Source of the DNA: a virus
Lineage: Duplodnaviria; Caudoviricetes
Strand: one strand, 5' to 3'
DNA length: 64,000 nt
IMG/VR virus record: IMGVR_UViG_3300028888_000004
Location: 1 to 64,000 of that record
Under the pieces are notes generated by a model. It worked only from the letters and a program-made list of their open reading frames with translations. It searched no databases and had not been told where the DNA came from. The stretch's first letter is position 1; the number at the start of each line of letters is the position of its first letter. Positions 8,301 to 18,019 of the stretch are shown here, one piece after another. Made by a program: the position numbers and the translations under genes.

Positions 8301-8610
8301 TCCAGATGACTATTAGGAATCTGCAAGTACTTATAGCTCTCAAGATTTCTTCTCAGTCTTCAAATAGGACATAAATGACTCTATGGAGTAGCTTTGGTAT
8401 CTGTACGTAGTATCGTTGAGGTAAATCAGATTTTAAGATATTCCACTAGGGGCTGAAAGGTGGATAACCGCCCAATGTTTGCTTCATAGAGCCACCCTAA
8501 GGCTACAGGGGGAAAGCGAGAAAATCGCAGGTAGCTCCTATTGTGATAGATTTGAGAATGATTAAATGAGATGAACATAAGGAATTAGGGAAAAATATAC
8601 CATATCTGGA
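8301..8610 (+). ncRNA. candidate ~310-nt structured ncRNA
   Basis: terminal stem TCCAGAT/ATCTGGA, 13-bp helix 8379-8391/8479-8491, AATAGGA/TCCTATT helix, several hairpins; directly after a promoter. Confidence 0.55.
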
Positions 8611-8807
8611 TGTCTTTTCATGCGGTGAGTATAATGTTGATAGTCTAAAAGTGTTATTATTTTGTGATGGTTGATAAAGGGTGAATGTCTTTTCTTGTTT
8701 GTTTAGTTGTTGATTCTGCGTATTCAGATGTGGTAAAATAAACACTATTATGCTGTGAAGTATAATAGTGTTTTCTTTATAAGTATTTTATTTCTAGTTC
8801 TAAATAT

Positions 8808-8815
8808 TATCTTTG
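8808..8815 (+). promoter_or_regulatory. -7 promoter element TATCTTTG
   Basis: TAnnTTTG 20 nt upstream of the 8835 start. Confidence 0.6.
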
Positions 8816-8834
8816 CGATATATATAATAAAGGT

Positions 8835-11600
8835 ATGGATAACTGGAGCAAACTGTCTATAAAGGATAGAGCAGAACTTATTAACTTGTATCTTGATGGA
8901 GGAGTGATGTCTATTTCTCAAATGAGAGATCATTATAATTCATTTGAAGATGGAGGATACAAGCCATCTGAGTCTATAAAGAGATACATCAAAAGCACTG
9001 AAGCATTCAGGTCTAAGTGGTATAAGGATGGAAATGGAATACCTACTGTTGGATATGGATTTACTGGAGAGTACTTCAAGAAAAAGTATCCTAATGGAAT
9101 GACACAAGAAGAAGCAGACAGAGAGTTTGAGAGGGTGATATCAAACTTTGCTTCTCTTGTTAAACGCCATACTCCAAACTATGATTCACTGTCTCAGAAT
9201 CAGAGAGACTCATTACTTTCTTATATGTATAATGTAGGGCCTGGAAACTACACAACCAGATCTCCAAAATTCCAGAGAGCTCTTAGAGAAAAGGATTGGA
9301 ATGCAGTTGCTCAGAATATGGATATTGGATATAATGACCAGAAGAATAAAGGACTGAGAAAAAGAAGAGATTATGAGAGGGCTTTATTCTTAGGTAATTC
9401 TTCATCTCCAGAGTCTCCAACACAGTATTATGATGACTACAAAGCACAAGTAGCTGCAAGTCCTAATGTACCTATGTCTGGGCAAGCTCCACCTATAGGT
9501 ATGCCTGCCTTATACTACAATACCTCTACTCACTTCAAAAAACAAGATTTTTCAACTCCTTTACCTGTTTTTGATCCAAATTCCCAATATAATCCTATGC
9601 TTGGAGTACCAAGTGGTAAGAAAAAGAGAAGGGTAGCAGAAGCTAATATTCCAAGCATTCCTTCTAATGAAGAAATTATAGGGAACCTCTTTGAAAGGCT
9701 GAATAATGAAAATATATTGGCATATGGAGGCATAGGAGAAGACGAAGATTTTATAGGTCCTGTTTTGAAGAAGCCTGTAGTAACAGTAAATAGTGATTTT
9801 AATCCTAGAATTTCTGATGTAACAAGCCAAAGATCTTCTATTGATGTTGTTCCAGCACTTAATACAATGTCAGAACAATCAATGAAAACTGCCTTTGAAG
9901 AACAAGCATTAAGAGACACATATAAAGATAAGTCTTATCGTGAAGTTCAGGAAATTTCTCCAGCTACTGTAAGTAGTAAAGTGGATACTATTGAGGGAAA
10001 TACATATGAAGATAAGAAAAAGGAATACTACAATTTAAGAGGAGATGCCGCCAAAGCCCTCCAACAAGACTTAGCTGATAATGGATATTATTCAGCTATA
10101 TTGGATGGTATGTCTAAGGAAGAAATAAAATCTTTGCAAAGAAAGCTGATAAATAAAGGGCTTTTATCTAATGCCAGAAATAGTGATGGAACTTACAAAG
10201 AAGAAGATGGTATAGTTGGAAACAAGACAAGGACTGCTTTTAATACATACTCAGTTGATGGTATTATAGGAAAAAACACAAAGTACGCTATTGAACTGAG
10301 GAATCAACAGCAAAATGGCTCTGTGGCTTCTTTTTCAGACTCATCAAAGGTAATAGCTCAGAAAGATAGGTGTGCAGCTTTTGTGGCACAAAGATTCAAC
10401 GAAGGAACTGGAGGAAAAGCAAGAGACTTAGGAGTTGGAGGGAACGCCTGGAATATGCTTAAAAATGTAGAGAATGCTGGAGGAGCAATGATTTACAATG
10501 TATTTGATAATAGCTACTTTGATGATGTTTCTACTGGAAATGTGGTAGCTAAAACAAAAAAAGCAATAGCTGCTGACCCCTTCAATGTAAACAACTTAAA
10601 ACCTGGAGATATAATTGGCATATTTAATCCTGGAACATCACATTATGCTGAAGTTCTTAAAAATGGAGATACATACAATTCTCATGTAGGAATATGTACT
10701 GGATATAAAGATGGAAAACCCATCATAGAACATGCTATAAATGGTAAAATTATTAAACAAACTGCTGATACAGTAAAGATAGCTGCAGTAGCCAGACCAG
10801 CAAATTCTAGTTTTTCTCAAATGAGCATAGGGAATTCTGAAGAACAAAAGTACTATGTAAGAGGTCAAGAAAATAACCAGCTTTTGAATGAGTACTCAAA
10901 AGGACTAAACAACTCTGCTAAATATATGAGTCAGGTATTTCCAGATGTAAATTTTGACAATATTCAGCAGATAGCCCTAAGTGTTCTCAAAAGAGAAACT
11001 GGATATATGACTAATACAGAGAAGATGCAAAGGGAAAGAAGTAAATTCAAAAACTTGGAATATGGTGCTAAGGACTTCTATAAATATAATATAAAAGGAG
11101 AATCTGAAGAGCAGAAATCAACAGATTTAGGAAAGTTCAAGTTGTCTTCATTAACATCAGGTGAAAGGCAAATGCTTGGTATTGAATCTCCACAGGACTT
11201 GGAAAACCCTACAATTCTCTCAAAGGCAGTGACTTATTACTTGGCAAAAAATTACAGCTATTTTCAAAACCTAGCTAAGAAATATCCAGAGTTAGGCTTG
11301 ACTGAGGAAGATATGGTCAATCTTACTACAATCAGTTATAATCAAGGTATGGATAGACTTAAGTCTATAGGATTTAAAAATGGTAAGATAGCTCCAGAAG
11401 AAATAAGAGCCATAAGAGATTCTGCAAATAACGATGCTGTTGTGGATGATATAAAATCAACTACTTGGGCAAGAGCTGGAAAGATAGGAGAGAAGATAGG
11501 TAAGGCAACAGGATGGTATACTAAATCTACTTCTTATTCTTCTTCTGCAAGAAGAGAAAGAGAGAATAATATATATGCACTATCAGATACTACAAAGTAA
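8835..11600 (+). CDS. multi-domain peptidoglycan hydrolase (GH24 lysozyme + PG-binding + CHAP/NlpC-P60-like + SLT-like), probable virion cargo
   Basis: E-X8-D-X5-T triad (EAFRSKWYKDGNGIPT); DGIVG/DGIIG PG-binding repeats; RCAAFV..GNAW..PGDII..SHVGI; KRETG..SYNQG. Confidence 0.85.
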   Translation: MDNWSKLSIKDRAELINLYLDGGVMSISQMRDHYNSFEDGGYKPSESIKRYIKSTEAFRSKWYKDGNGIPTVGYGFTGEYFKKKYPNGMTQEEADREFERVISNFASLVKRHTPNYDSLSQNQRDSLLSYMYNVGPGNYTTRSPKFQRALREKDWNAVAQNMDIGYNDQKNKGLRKRRDYERALFLGNSSSPESPTQYYDDYKAQVAASPNVPMSGQAPPIGMPALYYNTSTHFKKQDFSTPLPVFDPNSQYNPMLGVPSGKKKRRVAEANIPSIPSNEEIIGNLFERLNNENILAYGGIGEDEDFIGPVLKKPVVTVNSDFNPRISDVTSQRSSIDVVPALNTMSEQSMKTAFEEQALRDTYKDKSYREVQEISPATVSSKVDTIEGNTYEDKKKEYYNLRGDAAKALQQDLADNGYYSAILDGMSKEEIKSLQRKLINKGLLSNARNSDGTYKEEDGIVGNKTRTAFNTYSVDGIIGKNTKYAIELRNQQQNGSVASFSDSSKVIAQKDRCAAFVAQRFNEGTGGKARDLGVGGNAWNMLKNVENAGGAMIYNVFDNSYFDDVSTGNVVAKTKKAIAADPFNVNNLKPGDIIGIFNPGTSHYAEVLKNGDTYNSHVGICTGYKDGKPIIEHAINGKIIKQTADTVKIAAVARPANSSFSQMSIGNSEEQKYYVRGQENNQLLNEYSKGLNNSAKYMSQVFPDVNFDNIQQIALSVLKRETGYMTNTEKMQRERSKFKNLEYGAKDFYKYNIKGESEEQKSTDLGKFKLSSLTSGERQMLGIESPQDLENPTILSKAVTYYLAKNYSYFQNLAKKYPELGLTEEDMVNLTTISYNQGMDRLKSIGFKNGKIAPEEIRAIRDSANNDAVVDDIKSTTWARAGKIGEKIGKATGWYTKSTSYSSSARRERENNIYALSDTTK

Positions 11601-12261
11601 TATCTGATAGTGATATATTTTTATTAAATCTACATAAGTCAACTTTTGTACTTATACCAGATACTTTTCCAGATTCAGAAAACTGCCATATAGAATATTT
11701 ATGTTTTAATCCAGAGGCAGTAATTATTTGAGGTTCTTTTTCTCCATATCTACCTATATATAATATATGGTTATTTAGAAAAGGGCTACAGACAGTGTTA
11801 TAACTACGCTGTGTTCCGTATATTATTGGATATTTACCATACTTATCTTTAACAAGTTGCATAAACTTCTTAATGTTTTTTATGGCAGTAGCTTTATTAT
11901 AAGAAGAGGATAAGGCAATTTCTATATCCAGCATTGGTATAAGATTGAATTTGTACATAGAAACGACAGAATCAAAGTGCTTGAATTGCTTTTCTGGAGA
12001 GGATTTAGTGCTAAAGTAATGATAAACTCCTACATTCAATTTGTTCTTTAAAGCATTATTTATGTTATATTCAAATTGTTTATCTGTGTATGTAGCTCCT
12101 TCAGTAGCTTTTATATACACAAACTTAATATTTGAATCTTTAGATACTTTTTCCCAATGTATTTTTCCCTGATGGTGTGAAACATCTATCCCATCATAAC
12201 TTTGAGAAAAGCCGAGGACATTAATTAATATGCAGATAATAAAAGAAATCAACTTTTTCAT
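11590..12261 (-). CDS. GH25 lysozyme with signal peptide
   Basis: GIDVSHHQG, FVYIKATEG, GVYHYF, LDIE, WQFSE, VDL motifs; N-terminal Sec signal. Confidence 0.92.
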   Translation of the reverse strand: MKKLISFIICILINVLGFSQSYDGIDVSHHQGKIHWEKVSKDSNIKFVYIKATEGATYTDKQFEYNINNALKNKLNVGVYHYFSTKSSPEKQFKHFDSVVSMYKFNLIPMLDIEIALSSSYNKATAIKNIKKFMQLVKDKYGKYPIIYGTQRSYNTVCSPFLNNHILYIGRYGEKEPQIITASGLKHKYSIWQFSESGKVSGISTKVDLCRFNKNISLSDITL

Positions 12262-12392
12262 AAGTTCAAAATAAATTAAACTGTAACTCTATATTGTAAA
12301 TATAAGTATAATATCATAAGAAGTAAAATATTTATTGCACAATTTCAATAATTTTATTAATATTGCACAAACCAATAAATTTATAATGCATT

Positions 12393-12824
12393 ATGTCTAC
12401 AATGTCTTTTAAGGAAGGATTCATGACTTTCTACCTTCCAGCAATCATGATTGTTTGTGGCTTTATTGTAGCCGGTACTTGTCTTTCTGCAGGACCTTTT
12501 ATTCCAGTAGGTCTCAGTGGAATTATTGCACTTGCTATTATTGCTTATACTGCAGTAGCCCTTATTAAAAGAGGTAAAAAGGTGCAGGAACTTAATGACA
12601 CTATTTCTGCAGAAGAAAGCAGGGTTGAAAGTATTAACAAGAGGAATGCAAGTGATCTTGCAAAGAAGGATTCCATTATAGCTGAGCTTAAGGATACTGT
12701 TTCTGTACTTCAGAAGAAGGTGAATGATTTTGAAACAGCTGCAAAGGAGTCTACTGTCAAGGAAGAAGTAAAGACTGAGGAGAAGAAGCCTGCTAAGAAG
12801 ACAACTAAAACTACTAAGAAATAA
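12393..12824 (+). CDS. membrane protein with coiled coil and Lys-rich tail
   Basis: two TMs, coiled coil, KKPAKKTTKTTKK. Confidence 0.8.
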   Translation: MSTMSFKEGFMTFYLPAIMIVCGFIVAGTCLSAGPFIPVGLSGIIALAIIAYTAVALIKRGKKVQELNDTISAEESRVESINKRNASDLAKKDSIIAELKDTVSVLQKKVNDFETAAKESTVKEEVKTEEKKPAKKTTKTTKK

Positions 12825-12832
12825 CATTGTCA

Positions 12833-12906
12833 GGTCCCATAACTCAGTAGGTTAGAGTGCCTGACTCATAATCAGGGAGTCCAAGGTTCAAGTCCTTGTG
12901 GGACCA
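12833..12906 (+). tRNA. tRNA-CAT (Ile2 or elongator Met)
   Basis: GGTCCCA/TGGGACC acceptor, CCTGA-CTCATAA-TCAGG anticodon arm. Confidence 0.93.
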
Positions 12907-12909
12907 CAT

Positions 12910-12980
12910 TGAGGTGTGGTGTAATGGCAGCACCAGGGATTTTGGTTCCCTTAGATAGAGTTCGAGTCTCTACACCTCAA
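12910..12980 (+). tRNA. tRNA-Gln(TTG)
   Basis: TGAGGTG/CACCTCA acceptor, AGGGA-TTTTGGT-TCCCT anticodon arm. Confidence 0.92.
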
Positions 12981-12984
12981 CAAA

Positions 12985-13059
12985 GCCTCTTTAGTATAAA
13001 GGTTATTATAACTGATTTGTAATCAGTAGATATTGGTTCGATTCCGATAAGAGGCTCCA
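12985..13059 (+). tRNA. tRNA-Thr(TGT)
   Basis: GCCTCTT/AAGAGGC acceptor, ACTGA-TTTGTAA-TCAGT arm, encoded CCA. Confidence 0.92.
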
Positions 13060-13072
13060 TAAACTGGATTCA

Positions 13073-13231
13073 ATGGAAGAAGGTAGCAGGAAAATAGTGG
13101 ACATCATTGTATGTAAACACATGAGAGAAGTAGTCAATCAGATTAACTTCAATAGATTGACTAAAGAGGACATTGTGCAGATAGTGAAGGGTGATTCAGA
13201 ATGGTATATACTTTATCAGAGAAATGCCTAG
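13073..13231 (+). CDS. small hypothetical protein (52 aa, not in ORF track)
   Basis: MEEGSRKIVDIIVCKHMREVVNQINFNRLTKEDIVQIVKG...; overlaps the next start. Confidence 0.7.
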   Translation: MEEGSRKIVDIIVCKHMREVVNQINFNRLTKEDIVQIVKGDSEWYILYQRNA

Positions 13232-13436
13232 TTATGAATTAAAAGTGGAGTTGAATAATCTCCATTCAGAGTATGACAAAGAGCCTGTCTACTACTGCAA
13301 AAGATGCCTGTCACTTGCTGTGAAATCTGTTGGGCAATATGACTATTGTGACAGTTGTAGTTGCACTGACATTGGTACTACTGATATCTTCACTTGGGAA
13401 GAGATGTATAAGAATAAGTACGGTAAAGAATTTTAA
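13224..13436 (+). CDS. Zn-ribbon protein
   Basis: YCKRCLSL...YCDSCS CxxC pairs; ATG start at 13224. Confidence 0.8.
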   Translation: MPSYELKVELNNLHSEYDKEPVYYCKRCLSLAVKSVGQYDYCDSCSCTDIGTTDIFTWEEMYKNKYGKEF

Positions 13437-13444
13437 TTTTTATA

Positions 13445-13711
13445 ATGGCAATGGAAGAGAAGAAGAAACAAATGTCTTATGAAGACTTGAAGGTGAAGTG
13501 TGAAAGCCTTGCCCAAGCACTTCAAAAGGCTTATGAAGAGATTAGAAGAATAGATGCTTCTAATGCAATTCAAAGGCTCAATTACCTGTTCAAGGTTCTT
13601 GAGTTCTACGCTCATTTTAATCCTGATTTCGTAGATAAGTGTGCATCAGAAATTCAGGACATTCTTACAATAGAGGAAGAAGCATCAGAACAAACAGAGA
13701 AGCAGTCATGA
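13445..13711 (+). CDS. hypothetical coiled-coil protein
   Basis: MSYEDL...RLNYLFKVLE. Confidence 0.85.
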   Translation: MAMEEKKKQMSYEDLKVKCESLAQALQKAYEEIRRIDASNAIQRLNYLFKVLEFYAHFNPDFVDKCASEIQDILTIEEEASEQTEKQS

Positions 13712-14115
13712 TTCCCGAACTAGATATTGATAATGTAATACCCCTCTCCTCTAATATACATGACTTCTTCAAGTTGTGGCTTAAGTATATAAGACCACTT
13801 CATAATCTTACTGAAAGAGAACAGGATGTTACTGCTGCCTTTTTAAGAAACAGGCACGAGCTCTCAAGCAAGATTAATGACCAGAAGATACTTAACCAAG
13901 TACTCTTCTCTGAGCAGACAAAGAAGAAGATAATGGAAGAGACTGGGTTATCAGTTGCTCATTTTCAAGTGATTATGGGTAAACTGAGAAAGGCTGGAGT
14001 TATTAAGGATAACATGCTAAACCCTAAGATAGTTCCTCTACTGAAACCAAATGCAAAGGACTTCAAGCTCCTGTTGTTTTTTGAATTGAATGATGAGAGT
14101 TCAGAATCTGTATAA
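13708..14115 (+). CDS. winged-HTH DNA-binding protein
   Basis: LTEREQDV...KKKIMEETGLSVAHFQVIMGKLRKAGVI. Confidence 0.75.
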   Translation: MIPELDIDNVIPLSSNIHDFFKLWLKYIRPLHNLTEREQDVTAAFLRNRHELSSKINDQKILNQVLFSEQTKKKIMEETGLSVAHFQVIMGKLRKAGVIKDNMLNPKIVPLLKPNAKDFKLLLFFELNDESSESV

Positions 14116-14359
14116 TTCAGTAGCTAAGGAGCTTGGAACTTCTAGAGAAAGAGTCAGAATGCTGTATTCTGCATACTGGAACTTCATTAAAGATGGAATC
14201 AAGGAATTGGAGATTCATGATGGTATGGATACAGAAGACTTTACTGGCAAGAAATATGGGTTCTTTATTCAAAAGGTAGGAAGATTGTACTGTGACTATG
14301 GAACCTATAAAAGAAAAAATAACAGACTGTTAAAATTAAAAGATAAGAAACATGCTTAA
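14090..14359 (+). CDS. HU/IHF-like DNA-binding protein
   Basis: VAKELGTS..V..YW.FIK..I...FFIQKVGRL pattern. Confidence 0.65.
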   Translation: MMRVQNLYNSVAKELGTSRERVRMLYSAYWNFIKDGIKELEIHDGMDTEDFTGKKYGFFIQKVGRLYCDYGTYKRKNNRLLKLKDKKHA

Positions 14360-14774
14360 TATTAAGAAGATAAAACCACTGTTCAATACTATTATAACTA
14401 CTGCAGATAAGTATGAAGAGGATTATAGGACTGGTGGAATTATAGACCCCACAAAGTCAAGAGGTTCTCTCAAGGAATATCAAACAGTTGTTGCTGTTGG
14501 AAGTATGGTTAGAGACGTAAAAGAGGGAGATAAGGTAATGATAGATCCTATAAGATATGCTGTAATGAAGCATGAAAAAGGGTCATTAAAGGATGGAATC
14601 ATTACTGATAATCCTGTAGTTGGGTATAATTTCAAAACTGTATATATTAATGGGGTACAACACCTTATTCTTGTAGACGGAGATATAAAGTATGTCTTTG
14701 AGGGTGAGGAAGTTCCAGATGAACCAGATACTATGGTTCAGGTTATTAAGAAGGATATTCTGCCTACAGCATAA
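14352..14774 (+). CDS. GroES-like co-chaperonin
   Basis: IKPLFN...GGII...VVAVGSMVRDVKEGDKV...DGDI. Confidence 0.8.
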   Translation: MLNIKKIKPLFNTIITTADKYEEDYRTGGIIDPTKSRGSLKEYQTVVAVGSMVRDVKEGDKVMIDPIRYAVMKHEKGSLKDGIITDNPVVGYNFKTVYINGVQHLILVDGDIKYVFEGEEVPDEPDTMVQVIKKDILPTA

Positions 14775-15328
14775 TGCATCTGATAGAATTTAGAGATTAC
14801 ACCATTGTTCCGTCTCCTGAAATAATGCTTATAAAGCCTTTCAGGAGACTTTGGAACAATGATAGAAGTGAAAGAAAGGAGAAGTTCCTTCAGCAAGTGT
14901 CTTACTGCTATTTCATGATAGACCCAAGAAGCACTTATAGTTATATAACTGATTTGGATGAAAGAGCAGAAGAGATTATAAAGCAGGAAGGACTACCTAA
15001 AGATTTTAAGCCTTCTGAGTTTCTTCAGGAAGCTATGGACATATATCAGAAGCATTGTATAACTACTTCATCATTGCTTCTTGAAGATGTCAGGAACACT
15101 ATAGATAAAATAAGGAAAGAACTAAGAGACTTTGACATGTCTAATCTTGAAGATAAAGATAAGGCAAACTCTCTACGTACAATTACTTCAATTATATCTA
15201 TGATTCCAAAACTTGTGAAGGATCTTAGTGAGGCAGAAAAGAAAGTGACTCAAGAGATTAATGAGTCTGGAAGAGCAAGAGGTAAAACAGAAAAAGCAAT
15301 ATTTGATGATGGGTTCGATGGATTCTGA
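14774..15328 (+). CDS. conserved crAss protein, possible terminase small subunit
   Basis: helical protein two genes upstream of TerL; ARG..EK C-terminal motif. Confidence 0.5.
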   Translation: MHLIEFRDYTIVPSPEIMLIKPFRRLWNNDRSERKEKFLQQVSYCYFMIDPRSTYSYITDLDERAEEIIKQEGLPKDFKPSEFLQEAMDIYQKHCITTSSLLLEDVRNTIDKIRKELRDFDMSNLEDKDKANSLRTITSIISMIPKLVKDLSEAEKKVTQEINESGRARGKTEKAIFDDGFDGF

Positions 15329-15689
15329 TGTTAATATTATTGATATTGTAGACAGTCTTGAGAAAGTTATAAAGTCTGTTAATCCACACTTAAAAGGCAG
15401 GCTTATAGCAGTTACTGATGTTGATGGTGCATCTGAGTCATTTAAGATTATGAAAAGGGTCAGATGTACAATGTATTACTTTAATCCAGATACAAAGAAG
15501 AAAACATCTCTCCTTACTGTGCAGGAGATATTGAGAATTCCGTCTGGTGACAGTACACCAATTATGAAAGAATTCGCCAAAAGATTCTTGACTACTGCTT
15601 TTATGTGGACGTCTTCTCAAATATATAATGATCTTGTGAATGGAAAATTTGAGTGTGAACAGCCTTCAGACTCCTCTGGAGTCTCTTGA
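15318..15689 (+). CDS. hypothetical protein
   Basis: likely start MDSDVNII at 15318. Confidence 0.7.
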   Translation: MDSDVNIIDIVDSLEKVIKSVNPHLKGRLIAVTDVDGASESFKIMKRVRCTMYYFNPDTKKKTSLLTVQEILRIPSGDSTPIMKEFAKRFLTTAFMWTSSQIYNDLVNGKFECEQPSDSSGVS

Positions 15690-17928
15690 CTTGGATAATC
15701 AACCAAAGGAAGTTGAAGAGCAGTTCTTTGATTTCTTTAATAATGTTCCGCTTATAAGGTCTTTAGTTTCTCCTGATAGAAAGAGAGCTAAAGACCTTGA
15801 ACGTGATAACAGAGGCAGGATTATTGTTGATATAACTCATCCCCATATTCTTGAGGATATGGAGTACTTTCGTCCTGCTGCAAGACACTTTGAGCAATTT
15901 GGAACATACACAGACTTAAGACCTAATCCAAATCCAAATTCTGAATATGGAAGATGGATAAGGGAAGAGACAAGAAGATGCTGGGATGGATATGTAAGAG
16001 AGTCTGATGGAGAATGGATTCCAGGGGACCTATATTTCTTTTGGAACTATTGTCCCATGTCCATATCAAAAAAGGTTGAAGGAAAGAAGAAGTCACAAAG
16101 AGTCATAGGATTTCCAGCTATATGGGAAGGGCATTACTTGAAAGCACACTATCTTGAACAGGCAAGAGATAATGGTAAAATGGCTGTTGAGCTTGCTTCG
16201 AGACAGAAGGGCAAGAGCTTTTATGGGGCTGCAATGCTTGCTAAAAGATTCATATTGGGTGAATCTAAAGAGGTATGTAAAAGAGTAGTTTCCTATATTA
16301 CTGCTACAGACAAATCAAAGTTGGCTAATGGAGACCAGACTCTAGACAAGTTTCAGTATGATATTGACTTCATTGCTGAACACATGAGTCAGTGGCCAGT
16401 AAGAAGATTGTTCAACTCATTGTCTGACTTTAATTGGCAGATGGGCTATAAGGACTTGGATACTGGAACCAATAAGGGTACTCTTAATTCTGTAGTGGGT
16501 AAGTCTTCTCAGAAAGATACAGCTTCATTAATTGGTTCTAGAGGAGTTCTTTACTTATTTGAGGAAGCTGGTTACTTCTCTAACCTTCTAGGTCTTTGGA
16601 ACAACCTGCTTCCTTCAGTTATGGATAATGATGATGTCTATGGAATGCTTTATGGATATGGTACATCTGGAGATGATGAAAGTGACTTTTCGGCTCTTCA
16701 GGAAATAATGTACAATCCAGATGGATATAAGGCATACGGAGTAGACAATGTATATGATAAGGAAGGTCTTGGCAAAAAGAAATTCACATATTTCTTTCCA
16801 GGCTATCTTAACCTGGCTGGGTGTTATGATGAGAATGGAAACTCAGATGTAACTAAAGCTGTTCTTAATATACTTCTTGACAGGTATAATGTCAAGTACA
16901 ACTCTTCTGATCCAGCTACTATTGCCAAGAAGATTGCTCATATTCCTATTACTCCTCAAGAAGCTATTTTAAGAGTAAAGGGCTCTATATTTCCTACTGT
17001 AGATATCACAGAGAGGATAAATCAACTGGATAATGATTTAAAGTCTTATGATGATGTTTATATAGGTGACTTGGTGTTCAACAGTTCTGGTCAAGTTGAA
17101 TTTGTGCCTACTGATGACAGACCAATCAGAGACTTTCCTCTTAAAGATAATAAAGCAGCTGGTGCTATAGAGATCTACTCTATGCCAAAGAAAGATGCTA
17201 ATGGAAAAGTACCTAAAGGAAGATACATAGTTGGTCATGACCCTGTAGATGACGATCAAAGCAATACAATGTCATTAACATCTACATTTGTTCTTGACTT
17301 GTTTACTGATGAGATTGTGTGTGAATGGACAGGAAGACTGCAGTATGCTGATGATAACTTTGAAAGGCTTAGAAAGATATGTTTGTTTTACAATGCTACT
17401 TGCATGTATGAACAGAACAAGAAGGGAGCATTCGCATACTTCTCAATGATGAACTGTCTTTATTTACTGGCTGATACTCCTGAATATCTTAAAGACAAAC
17501 TGATTATTAAGGAAATAGGTTACGGAAATAGAGCAAAAGGAATTAATGCTACTCTTCCTGTCAACAAATATGCAGACAAGCTTACTCAGCAATGGTTGCT
17601 GAAGAGGTGCATTATGACAAAGGAAGTTGACGGTAAAGATACAGAAGTAGAGGTTCCTCAATTATACAAGCTTAAATGTAGGGCTTTTCTTAAAGAATGT
17701 CTTTTGTATGGTCCAGATATTAATGTTGACCGTGTAAGAGCATTTGGTATGTTGATGCTTTATAGAGAGGAATTCATGATTACCTATGGAGGAAATGTTG
17801 CTGCTGGACAAGAGGCACCATCAGACTACTTGGGAAATGATGACTTTTTTGTTACTAATTACGACGCTAAGAAAGAATTATACAACAATATTCCTGAGTA
17901 TGTTAAGAAAGCTATGATGATAAAATAG
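15640..17928 (+). CDS. terL: terminase large subunit
   Basis: Walker A SRQKGKS, Walker B LFEEAG, motif III GTSG, nuclease GHDPVD. Confidence 0.95.
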   Translation: MENLSVNSLQTPLESLDLDNQPKEVEEQFFDFFNNVPLIRSLVSPDRKRAKDLERDNRGRIIVDITHPHILEDMEYFRPAARHFEQFGTYTDLRPNPNPNSEYGRWIREETRRCWDGYVRESDGEWIPGDLYFFWNYCPMSISKKVEGKKKSQRVIGFPAIWEGHYLKAHYLEQARDNGKMAVELASRQKGKSFYGAAMLAKRFILGESKEVCKRVVSYITATDKSKLANGDQTLDKFQYDIDFIAEHMSQWPVRRLFNSLSDFNWQMGYKDLDTGTNKGTLNSVVGKSSQKDTASLIGSRGVLYLFEEAGYFSNLLGLWNNLLPSVMDNDDVYGMLYGYGTSGDDESDFSALQEIMYNPDGYKAYGVDNVYDKEGLGKKKFTYFFPGYLNLAGCYDENGNSDVTKAVLNILLDRYNVKYNSSDPATIAKKIAHIPITPQEAILRVKGSIFPTVDITERINQLDNDLKSYDDVYIGDLVFNSSGQVEFVPTDDRPIRDFPLKDNKAAGAIEIYSMPKKDANGKVPKGRYIVGHDPVDDDQSNTMSLTSTFVLDLFTDEIVCEWTGRLQYADDNFERLRKICLFYNATCMYEQNKKGAFAYFSMMNCLYLLADTPEYLKDKLIIKEIGYGNRAKGINATLPVNKYADKLTQQWLLKRCIMTKEVDGKDTEVEVPQLYKLKCRAFLKECLLYGPDINVDRVRAFGMLMLYREEFMITYGGNVAAGQEAPSDYLGNDDFFVTNYDAKKELYNNIPEYVKKAMMIK

Positions 17929-18019
17929 CAGCTGTTAGTGTAGTATTATTAAAGAATTTAGTATGCTTGTAATTCATAGTTTTATTCCTCATCTTTGTAA
18001 GTAAGTATAGCTAGAATGT

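Noticed and set aside
8054-8933. Minus-strand ORFs 8054..8245, 8503..8745, 8748..8933
   Set aside because: Low-complexity or atypical translations overlapping promoters and the structured RNA
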